This document shows, piece after piece, positions 34,338 through 45,500 of a stretch of 64,000 nt of DNA (position 1 is its first letter; each line of letters opens with the position of its first letter). The notes under the pieces are model-generated. The model made no database searches. It was given only the letters and a program-made list of their open reading frames with translations, and had not been told where the DNA came from. Location of the stretch: assembly GCA_025594325.1 (NCBI GenBank), contig JANHCV010000018.1, positions 124,001 to 188,000 on the forward strand, in the 5' to 3' direction. The position numbers and the translations under genes are program-made. This DNA is from Blastocladiella emersonii ATCC 22665 (Eukaryota; Fungi; Blastocladiomycota).

Positions 34338-34506
34338 CGGACGTAGCGCGCATGCGGGCGGGCAAGCTAGGAACGTTGCTCACGCAATGGATCATGTATT
34401 TCATGGAACGTAGTCTGGACAGCAGAGAGGGGGATGTCCGGCCCAATCGGACCCTCCACGAATCACAATATGCACGCAATGAATTGACCGATGATAGGGC
34501 CGTACC

Positions 34507-35425
34507 AAACCAGCCACGTAGACAATTGTCATGGTAGTCGAACAAAACCATATTCAAATCTTTGACTACACGCTTGTCCAGCTAGCCAGGGACCCATAAA
34601 TCACAGTATCGACCCAACTAAATATTTGACAACGGAAAGATAGTAAACCAGCCTCGTACATAATTGTCATGGTACTCAAACAAAACCATATTCAAAACCT
34701 TGACTTCCCGCATGTCCAGCTGGCCAGGGACCCATAAATCACAGTATCAAACCGACAAAGTATCTGACAACAGAAATATGGTAAAACAGCCACGCGGATA
34801 ATTGTCATGGTACTCAATCAAAACCATATTCAAATCTTTGCTTTCCTGCATGTCCAGCTGGTTGAGGACCCATAAATCGTAACGTCAAAGCAACAGTATA
34901 TCTGACCATAGAAGTATAGTAAACCAGCCACTCTGGCAACTGTCATGGTACTCAAACAAAACCATACTCAAATCTTCGACTTCCCACATGTCCAGCAGGT
35001 TGGACACCCATAAATCACAGTATCAAACCAACGAAATATCTGACCACATGAGTATATATAACCGACCGCGTAGGTAATTGTCTTGATACTCAAACAAAAC
35101 CATATTCAAATCTTTCACTTCCCGCTTGTCCAGCTAGCCAGGGACCCATAAATCACAGTATCACAGCAACGCAATATCTGACCAAAGAAATATCGTAAAC
35201 CAGGCACGTAGATAATTGTCATGGTACTCAAACAAAACCATAGTCAAATCTTCGAGTGCCCCATGTCCAGGTGGGCAAGGGCCTATAAATCACAGTATTG
35301 AACCAAGAAAACACCTGACTGACGATCGGGATGTATCAAACCCGCCACGCTGATAATTGTCATGGTACTCAAACATAACCATACTCAGCCAAATCTTCGC
35401 ATACCCTCACGTCCAGGTGGGCGAG
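34507..35425. repeat. Nested AT-rich sub-satellite: 7 diverged ~138-bp monomers per unit
   Basis: Anchor AA(T/C)TGTC at 34524, 34662, 34800, 34938, 35076, 35214, 35355 (spacing 138 x5, then 141). The same spacing is seen in unit 2 (37878-38709). Confidence 0.95.
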
Positions 35426-35544
35426 GAACCAAAGCGCCAGATATTCAAATCTACCGCTTTGTGCACACTCCACTAGCCAACTCTTCGATCCCCTAATAAT
35501 GGAGCCCGTCGTCAAAGTGCACGGTCCAATCAACTAAGTAAACA

Positions 35545-35612
35545 GCCAACCTGCCAGCCTGCCAACCTGCCAGCCTGCCAGCCTGCCAACCTGCCAACCT
35601 GTCAACCTGCCA
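35545..35612. repeat. Octamer microsatellite (CCTGCCAR)n; one extra copy in 3362-bp units
   Basis: Read directly. The 8-bp difference shifts the frame of the spurious ORF (35534 vs 38884). Confidence 0.9.
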
Positions 35613-35903
35613 CCTTGCCTACCTGCTATCCGAACACCCACACCGCCTCGCAAGTCATTGGGGGCCCGCGCTCTCTGGTTGCCGTCCCAGCCAACAAACG
35701 AATGAATGATGAGCCCTGGCAGCCTGGCAGCCTGCCACACTGACAGCCTGACTGACAGCGCCCACCCAGTAGATATTATCTATCTCGTAGGTAGTCTGGG
35801 ACGACTTTGTTAGTCAATACACGACCAGTCTCCTCCTGGCTGCCGGCTCTGCTGTCCACTCCAAGTCCTGCATGATGATGGGCCAAGGAGGGTTCCGAGC
35901 AGC

Positions 35904-36557
35904 CGCGGCCCAAGCGGCTCTTGTTGCAGATCCCTCCGTCCGACTTTGGTTGCTCGGTTCCCCAAGGCACATTCGGTGATGTGACTAGACCAAGGATCGG
36001 CGCAGTCGACGCAAGTCCAGTGGCACCAGGTGTTTGCGCGCGGTACTGACCCATCCACTTTCTCTCGTTCTGACCACGATGAAACGCATGATCCGCCACT
36101 GAATGGCGCTGACGCACAAAAGAAAAAGAAAAAGAAGGAGAAAAACAAAATAAAGAGAAACGCAACAAGAAGAACGTCCGCACAAAAAGATGGAAAAACA
36201 TCTGACGAACCTCACAGGCCATGCCCAATACCACAGCACTGCCACTGGTCCATTGGCATGTCCTCGCGCTCTAGCTGGTCACGCCAGCGTGTCTCTCTGC
36301 TCGGTCTCTCTTTACTGCTCTTCGTTCGCTCTCTTAGCTCGCTGCTCGAGCTCGCTCTCTCTTCGCCTCGTTCGCCCATCTCTCTCGTACTCCCCTCTCC
36401 TCCCACAATTCTTCCCCCTATGCTCCTCGACGTGCACGGTCCGGGCTTGTCGTACTGCGGCTTGCCCACAAAAAGGCTGCTGCCCGTTGCACAGTGGATA
36501 TTCTGGTTGCAGTCCACAACCGCAGTTAAGGAATAAATGCATTGGTTCCAAAATAAA
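35904..36557 (+). mobile_element. 654-bp 3' fragment of the retroelement flanked by 16-bp TSD GAGGGTTCCGAGCAGC; further copies start at 39266, 42628, 45990, 49352, 52714, 56076, 59438, 62758
   Basis: Matches 32584-33237 (one difference seen, G32593 vs A). The 16-mer lies at 35888-35903 and 36558-36573, directly bordering the 5' truncation point and the A-tail. Confidence 0.92.
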
Positions 36558-39500
36558 GAGGGTTCCGAGCAGCTCCTCTGTCTATCCGCGTGAAACCACT
36601 CACCCGCTGACGGACGTACACCGCGCACCGTGCAGCGCGCACAGCACACAGCGCCCGACGCACCCCGCGGTGCGCACACGGCGCAAACGGCCACCCTGGT
36701 GTCACACACACTCGCATGAACGGCAGGCATGCAAGGCGTCCTCAACTCAACAATGATTTATCATCCAGGCTTGCTACTCGCTCCAACGGGTGCGCCTGCC
36801 TGCCCTCCCGGTGCCGTTGATTGATTGATGGGTGCGCCAGCCCCTGTTGCCAGCCAAGTGGCAAGCAACACCACAGCACCTGCGTCGCCCTGGCCACCGT
36901 ACCTTGGAAACAGCGTAGCAGCCGTACTGCTTCACAGGGCTGCAGAGGGCTGGCTGCGGAGGGCTGAGGCGGCAGGGCTCCTGCTGCAGGAAGGAGACAG
37001 TGCTGGGGCCAAGGAGTGCTAGGGACGACAAACTGAATGGTGAATGACCCACACACCACATGCTCCTGGCAGGAGAGCGTGTGGGCGTGCGGGCCTGTGT
37101 CCGTGCGTGCCTGTGTCCGTGCGTGCCTGGATTAGACCTCCATCACAAGCGCCAAGTGACCAAGTGACCAAGGTGACCAAGTGACCAAGGTGACCAAGGT
37201 GACCACGGTGACCAAGGTGACCAAGTGACACACAAGCACCAAGCTAGGGTGGCCGGGCGGCCATGGAACGTACTGCATGGGTACCAATACCGTGGACTGG
37301 CCGCGGCCATTAATCGCAGCACAGCCCTGCCTGGCTCAGGACGCGGCGGGCGTGGGAGGCGGGCAGGGTAGATAGGTAGCAGCAGCAGGACCTGGCTAGC
37401 TGGCTGTCAAACAGCACGAGTGAAGGGGTGCGTGAGGGAGGGTGTGTTGAATGAATGGATGGGTGGATGCAGGCAGACCTTCATACGTGTCGTGCGTGAT
37501 GAGGATTGGCTGGCCACCATCCACCCACCAACGCCATGGCATGGCTGCGGGTGTCGCTGCGTGCGCCTTGGCGGGTGGTGTTGGTGGGTGGTGTTGGTGG
37601 GTGCTGTGGTGGTAGTGGAGCTAAAGTGGTGTCGTGGGGCTCTTGGGGTCCCCTTTCCTTCCTGTCTGGCCTAGGTGGGTGGGTGGGTGGGCGGACGTAG
37701 CGCGCATGCGGGCGGGCAAGCTAGGAACGTTGCTCACGCAATGGATCATGTATTTCATGGAACGTAGTCTGGACAGCAGAGAGGGGGATGTCCGGCCCAA
37801 TCGGACCCTCCACGAATCACAATATGCACGCAATGAATTGACCGATGATAGGGCCGTACCAAACCAGCCACGTAGACAATTGTCATGGTAGTCGAACAAA
37901 ACCATATTCAAATCTTTGACTACACGCTTGTCCAGCTAGCCAGGGACCCATAAATCACAGTATCGACCCAACTAAATATTTGACAACGGAAAGATAATAA
38001 ACCAGCCTCGTACATAATTGTCATGGTACTCAAACAAAACCATAGTCAAATCTTTGACCTCCCGCATGCCCATGTGGGCAAGGACCTATAGATCAGAGTA
38101 TCGTACCAAGAAAATATCTGACCATGGAAATATAGTATACCAGCCACGTAGGTAATTGTCATGGCACTCAAACAAAACCATAGTCAAGTCTTTGACTATT
38201 CACAGGTCCAGCTGGTTAAGGACCCATAAATCGTAACGTCAAAGCAACAGTATATCTGACCATAGAAGTATAGTAAACCAGCCACTCTGGCAACTGTCAT
38301 GGTACTCAAACAAAACCATACTCAAATCTTCGACTTCCCACATGTCCAGCAGGTTGGACACCCATAAATCACAGTATCAAACCAACGAAATATCTGACCA
38401 CATGAGTATATATAACCGACCGCGTAGGTAATTGTCTTGATACTCAAACAAAACCATATTCAAATCTTTCACTTCCCGCTTGTCCAGCTAGCCAGGGACC
38501 CATAAATCACAGTATCACAGCAACGCAATATCTGACCAAAGAAATATCGTAAACCAGGCACGTAGATAATTGTCATGGTACTCAAACAAAACCATAGTCA
38601 AATCTTCGAGTGCCCCATGTCCAGGTGGGCAAGGGCCTATAAATCACAGTATTGAACCAAGAAAACACCTGACTGACGATCGGGATGTATCAAACCCGCC
38701 ACGCTGATAATTGTCATGGTACTCAAACATAACCATACTCAGCCAAATCTTCGCATACCCTCACGTCCAGGTGGGCGAGGAACCAAAGCGCCAGATATTC
38801 AAATCTACCGCTTTGTGCACACTCCACTAGCCAACTCTTCGATCCCCTAATAATGGAGCCCGTCGTCAAAGTGCACGGTCCAATCAACTAAGTAAACAGC
38901 CAACCTGCCAGCCTGCCAACCTGCCAGCCTGCCAGCCTGCCAGCCTGCCAACCTGCCAACCTGTCAACCTGCCACCTTGCCTACCTGCTATCCGAACACC
39001 CACACCGCCTCGCAAGTCATTGGGGGCCCGCGCTCTCTGGTTGCCGTCCCAGCCAACAAACGAATGAATGATGAGCCCTGGCAGCCTGGCAGCCTGCCAC
39101 ACTGACAGCCTGACTGACAGCGCCCACCCAGTAGATATTATCTATCTCGTAGGTAGTCTGGGACGACTTTGTTAGTCAATACACGACCAGTCTCCTCCTG
39201 GCTGCCGGCTCTGCTGTCCACTCCAAGTCCTGCATGATGATGGGCCAAGGAGGGTTCCGAGCAGCCGCGGCCCAAGCGGCTCTTGTTGCAGATCCCTCCG
39301 TCCGACTTTGGTTGCTCGGTTCCCCAAGGCACATTCGGTGATGTGACTAGACCAAGGATCGGCGCAGTCGACGCAAGTCCAGTGGCACCAGGTGTTTGCG
39401 CGCGGTACTGACCCATCCACTTTCTCTCGTTCTGACCACGATGAAACGCATGATCCGCCACTGAATGGCGCTGACGCACAAAAGAAAAAGAAAAAGAAGG

Positions 39501-42500
39501 AGAAAAACAAAATAAAGAGAAACGCAACAAGAAGAACGTCCGCACAAAAAGATGGAAAAACATCTGACGAACCTCACAGGCCATGCCCAATACCACAGCA
39601 CTGCCACTGGTCCATTGGCATGTCCTCGCGCTCTAGCTGGTCACGCCAGCGTGTCTCTCTGCTCGGTCTCTCTTTACTGCTCTTCGTTCGCTCTCTTAGC
39701 TCGCTGCTCGAGCTCGCTCTCTCTTCGCCTCGTTCGCCCATCTCTCTCGTACTCCCCTCTCCTCCCACAATTCTTCCCCCTATGCTCCTCGACGTGCACG
39801 GTCCGGGCTTGTCGTACTGCGGCTTGCCCACAAAAAGGCTGCTGCCCGTTGCACAGTGGATATTCTGGTTGCAGTCCACAACCGCAGTTAAGGAATAAAT
39901 GCATTGGTTCCAAAAAAAAGAGGGTTCCGAGCAGCTCCTCTGTCTATCCGCGTGAAACCACTCACCCGCTGACGGACGTACACCGCGCACCGTGCAGCGC
40001 GCACAGCACACAGCGCCCGACGCACCCCGCGGTGCGCACACGGCGCAAACGGCCACCCTGGTGTCACACACACTCGCATGAACGGCAGGCATGCAAGGCG
40101 TCCTCAACTCAACAATGATTTATCATCCAGGCTTGCTACTCGCTCCAACGGGTGCGCCTGCCTGCCCTCCCGGTGCCGTTGATTGATTGATGGGTGCGCC
40201 AGCCCCTGTTGCCAGCCAAGTGGCAAGCAACACCACAGCACCTGCGTCGCCCTGGCCACCGTACCTTGGAAACAGCGTAGCAGCCGTACTGCTTCACAGG
40301 GCTGCAGAGGGCTGGCTGCGGAGGGCTGAGGCGGCAGGGCTCCTGCTGCAGGAAGGAGACAGTGCTGGGGCCAAGGAGTGCTAGGGACGACAAACTGAAT
40401 GGTGAATGACCCACACACCACATGCTCCTGGCAGGAGAGCGTGTGGGCGTGCGGGCCTGTGTCCGTGCGTGCCTGTGTCCGTGCGTGCCTGGATTAGACC
40501 TCCATCACAAGCGCCAAGTGACCAAGTGACCAAGGTGACCAAGTGACCAAGGTGACCAAGGTGACCACGGTGACCAAGGTGACCAAGTGACACACAAGCA
40601 CCAAGCTAGGGTGGCCGGGCGGCCATGGAACGTACTGCATGGGTACCAATACCGTGGACTGGCCGCGGCCATTAATCGCAGCACAGCCCTGCCTGGCTCA
40701 GGACGCGGCGGGCGTGGGAGGCGGGCAGGGTAGATAGGTAGCAGCAGCAGGACCTGGCTAGCTGGCTGTCAAACAGCACGAGTGAAGGGGTGCGTGAGGG
40801 AGGGTGTGTTGAATGAATGGATGGGTGGATGCAGGCAGACCTTCATACGTGTCGTGCGTGATGAGGATTGGCTGGCCACCATCCACCCACCAACGCCATG
40901 GCATGGCTGCGGGTGTCGCTGCGTGCGCCTTGGCGGGTGGTGTTGGTGGGTGGTGTTGGTGGGTGCTGTGGTGGTAGTGGAGCTAAAGTGGTGTCGTGGG
41001 GCTCTTGGGGTCCCCTTTCCTTCCTGTCTGGCCTAGGTGGGTGGGTGGGTGGGCGGACGTAGCGCGCATGCGGGCGGGCAAGCTAGGAACGTTGCTCACG
41101 CAATGGATCATGTATTTCATGGAACGTAGTCTGGACAGCAGAGAGGGGGATGTCCGGCCCAATCGGACCCTCCACGAATCACAATATGCACGCAATGAAT
41201 TGACCGATGATAGGGCCGTACCAAACCAGCCACGTAGACAATTGTCATGGTAGTCGAACAAAACCATATTCAAATCTTTGACTACACGCTTGTCCAGCTA
41301 GCCAGGGACCCATAAATCACAGTATCGACCCAACTAAATATTTGACAACGGAAAGATAATAAACCAGCCTCGTACATAATTGTCATGGTACTCAAACAAA
41401 ACCATAGTCAAATCTTTGACCTCCCGCATGCCCATGTGGGCAAGGACCTATAGATCAGAGTATCGTACCAAGAAAATATCTGACCATGGAAATATAGTAT
41501 ACCAGCCACGTAGGTAATTGTCATGGCACTCAAACAAAACCATAGTCAAGTCTTTGACTATTCACAGGTCCAGCTGGTTAAGGACCCATAAATCGTAACG
41601 TCAAAGCAACAGTATATCTGACCATAGAAGTATAGTAAACCAGCCACTCTGGCAACTGTCATGGTACTCAAACAAAACCATACTCAAATCTTCGACTTCC
41701 CACATGTCCAGCAGGTTGGACACCCATAAATCACAGTATCAAACCAACGAAATATCTGACCACATGAGTATATATAACCGACCGCGTAGGTAATTGTCTT
41801 GATACTCAAACAAAACCATATTCAAATCTTTCACTTCCCGCTTGTCCAGCTAGCCAGGGACCCATAAATCACAGTATCACAGCAACGCAATATCTGACCA
41901 AAGAAATATCGTAAACCAGGCACGTAGATAATTGTCATGGTACTCAAACAAAACCATAGTCAAATCTTCGAGTGCCCCATGTCCAGGTGGGCAAGGGCCT
42001 ATAAATCACAGTATTGAACCAAGAAAACACCTGACTGACGATCGGGATGTATCAAACCCGCCACGCTGATAATTGTCATGGTACTCAAACATAACCATAC
42101 TCAGCCAAATCTTCGCATACCCTCACGTCCAGGTGGGCGAGGAACCAAAGCGCCAGATATTCAAATCTACCGCTTTGTGCACACTCCACTAGCCAACTCT
42201 TCGATCCCCTAATAATGGAGCCCGTCGTCAAAGTGCACGGTCCAATCAACTAAGTAAACAGCCAACCTGCCAGCCTGCCAACCTGCCAGCCTGCCAGCCT
42301 GCCAGCCTGCCAACCTGCCAACCTGTCAACCTGCCACCTTGCCTACCTGCTATCCGAACACCCACACCGCCTCGCAAGTCATTGGGGGCCCGCGCTCTCT
42401 GGTTGCCGTCCCAGCCAACAAACGAATGAATGATGAGCCCTGGCAGCCTGGCAGCCTGCCACACTGACAGCCTGACTGACAGCGCCCACCCAGTAGATAT

Positions 42501-45500
42501 TATCTATCTCGTAGGTAGTCTGGGACGACTTTGTTAGTCAATACACGACCAGTCTCCTCCTGGCTGCCGGCTCTGCTGTCCACTCCAAGTCCTGCATGAT
42601 GATGGGCCAAGGAGGGTTCCGAGCAGCCGCGGCCCAAGCGGCTCTTGTTGCAGATCCCTCCGTCCGACTTTGGTTGCTCGGTTCCCCAAGGCACATTCGG
42701 TGATGTGACTAGACCAAGGATCGGCGCAGTCGACGCAAGTCCAGTGGCACCAGGTGTTTGCGCGCGGTACTGACCCATCCACTTTCTCTCGTTCTGACCA
42801 CGATGAAACGCATGATCCGCCACTGAATGGCGCTGACGCACAAAAGAAAAAGAAAAAGAAGGAGAAAAACAAAATAAAGAGAAACGCAACAAGAAGAACG
42901 TCCGCACAAAAAGATGGAAAAACATCTGACGAACCTCACAGGCCATGCCCAATACCACAGCACTGCCACTGGTCCATTGGCATGTCCTCGCGCTCTAGCT
43001 GGTCACGCCAGCGTGTCTCTCTGCTCGGTCTCTCTTTACTGCTCTTCGTTCGCTCTCTTAGCTCGCTGCTCGAGCTCGCTCTCTCTTCGCCTCGTTCGCC
43101 CATCTCTCTCGTACTCCCCTCTCCTCCCACAATTCTTCCCCCTATGCTCCTCGACGTGCACGGTCCGGGCTTGTCGTACTGCGGCTTGCCCACAAAAAGG
43201 CTGCTGCCCGTTGCACAGTGGATATTCTGGTTGCAGTCCACAACCGCAGTTAAGGAATAAATGCATTGGTTCCAAAATAAAGAGGGTTCCGAGCAGCTCC
43301 TCTGTCTATCCGCGTGAAACCACTCACCCGCTGACGGACGTACACCGCGCACCGTGCAGCGCGCACAGCACACAGCGCCCGACGCACCCCGCGGTGCGCA
43401 CACGGCGCAAACGGCCACCCTGGTGTCACACACACTCGCATGAACGGCAGGCATGCAAGGCGTCCTCAACTCAACAATGATTTATCATCCAGGCTTGCTA
43501 CTCGCTCCAACGGGTGCGCCTGCCTGCCCTCCCGGTGCCGTTGATTGATTGATGGGTGCGCCAGCCCCTGTTGCCAGCCAAGTGGCAAGCAACACCACAG
43601 CACCTGCGTCGCCCTGGCCACCGTACCTTGGAAACAGCGTAGCAGCCGTACTGCTTCACAGGGCTGCAGAGGGCTGGCTGCGGAGGGCTGAGGCGGCAGG
43701 GCTCCTGCTGCAGGAAGGAGACAGTGCTGGGGCCAAGGAGTGCTAGGGACGACAAACTGAATGGTGAATGACCCACACACCACATGCTCCTGGCAGGAGA
43801 GCGTGTGGGCGTGCGGGCCTGTGTCCGTGCGTGCCTGTGTCCGTGCGTGCCTGGATTAGACCTCCATCACAAGCGCCAAGTGACCAAGTGACCAAGGTGA
43901 CCAAGTGACCAAGGTGACCAAGGTGACCACGGTGACCAAGGTGACCAAGTGACACACAAGCACCAAGCTAGGGTGGCCGGGCGGCCATGGAACGTACTGC
44001 ATGGGTACCAATACCGTGGACTGGCCGCGGCCATTAATCGCAGCACAGCCCTGCCTGGCTCAGGACGCGGCGGGCGTGGGAGGCGGGCAGGGTAGATAGG
44101 TAGCAGCAGCAGGACCTGGCTAGCTGGCTGTCAAACAGCACGAGTGAAGGGGTGCGTGAGGGAGGGTGTGTTGAATGAATGGATGGGTGGATGCAGGCAG
44201 ACCTTCATACGTGTCGTGCGTGATGAGGATTGGCTGGCCACCATCCACCCACCAACGCCATGGCATGGCTGCGGGTGTCGCTGCGTGCGCCTTGGCGGGT
44301 GGTGTTGGTGGGTGGTGTTGGTGGGTGCTGTGGTGGTAGTGGAGCTAAAGTGGTGTCGTGGGGCTCTTGGGGTCCCCTTTCCTTCCTGTCTGGCCTAGGT
44401 GGGTGGGTGGGTGGGCGGACGTAGCGCGCATGCGGGCGGGCAAGCTAGGAACGTTGCTCACGCAATGGATCATGTATTTCATGGAACGTAGTCTGGACAG
44501 CAGAGAGGGGGATGTCCGGCCCAATCGGACCCTCCACGAATCACAATATGCACGCAATGAATTGACCGATGATAGGGCCGTACCAAACCAGCCACGTAGA
44601 CAATTGTCATGGTAGTCGAACAAAACCATATTCAAATCTTTGACTACACGCTTGTCCAGCTAGCCAGGGACCCATAAATCACAGTATCGACCCAACTAAA
44701 TATTTGACAACGGAAAGATAATAAACCAGCCTCGTACATAATTGTCATGGTACTCAAACAAAACCATAGTCAAATCTTTGACCTCCCGCATGCCCATGTG
44801 GGCAAGGACCTATAGATCAGAGTATCGTACCAAGAAAATATCTGACCATGGAAATATAGTATACCAGCCACGTAGGTAATTGTCATGGCACTCAAACAAA
44901 ACCATAGTCAAGTCTTTGACTATTCACAGGTCCAGCTGGTTAAGGACCCATAAATCGTAACGTCAAAGCAACAGTATATCTGACCATAGAAGTATAGTAA
45001 ACCAGCCACTCTGGCAACTGTCATGGTACTCAAACAAAACCATACTCAAATCTTCGACTTCCCACATGTCCAGCAGGTTGGACACCCATAAATCACAGTA
45101 TCAAACCAACGAAATATCTGACCACATGAGTATATATAACCGACCGCGTAGGTAATTGTCTTGATACTCAAACAAAACCATATTCAAATCTTTCACTTCC
45201 CGCTTGTCCAGCTAGCCAGGGACCCATAAATCACAGTATCACAGCAACGCAATATCTGACCAAAGAAATATCGTAAACCAGGCACGTAGATAATTGTCAT
45301 GGTACTCAAACAAAACCATAGTCAAATCTTCGAGTGCCCCATGTCCAGGTGGGCAAGGGCCTATAAATCACAGTATTGAACCAAGAAAACACCTGACTGA
45401 CGATCGGGATGTATCAAACCCGCCACGCTGATAATTGTCATGGTACTCAAACATAACCATACTCAGCCAAATCTTCGCATACCCTCACGTCCAGGTGGGC

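Noticed and set aside
34620-35200. CTGACNA-NN-GAAA in monomers resembling a hammerhead ribozyme core
   Set aside because: The essential G of CUGANGA is C or A, and only 2 nt separate it from GAAA, so helix II cannot form.
34507-35425. 138-bp monomers as a CRISPR-like array
   Set aside because: The whole monomer is homologous between copies, with no unique spacers. The context is eukaryotic and has no cas genes.
34507-35425. Monomers as a coding repeat (138 and 141 are multiples of 3)
   Set aside because: Recurrent stop codons occur in the frames examined, and no ORF of 60 aa or more spans the block.
34416-35858. 12-bp inverted repeat TGGACAGCAGAG / CTCTGCTGTCCA flanking the monomer block (MITE or foldback TIR?)
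   Set aside because: It does not extend and has no TSD. A 12-bp inverted match in 3.3 kb has a rough chance expectation of about 0.3.
35880-35903. CCAAGGAGGG...GAGCAG resemblance to the SRP RNA S-domain
   Set aside because: Helix 8 with its GNRA loop and the surrounding pairing are absent.
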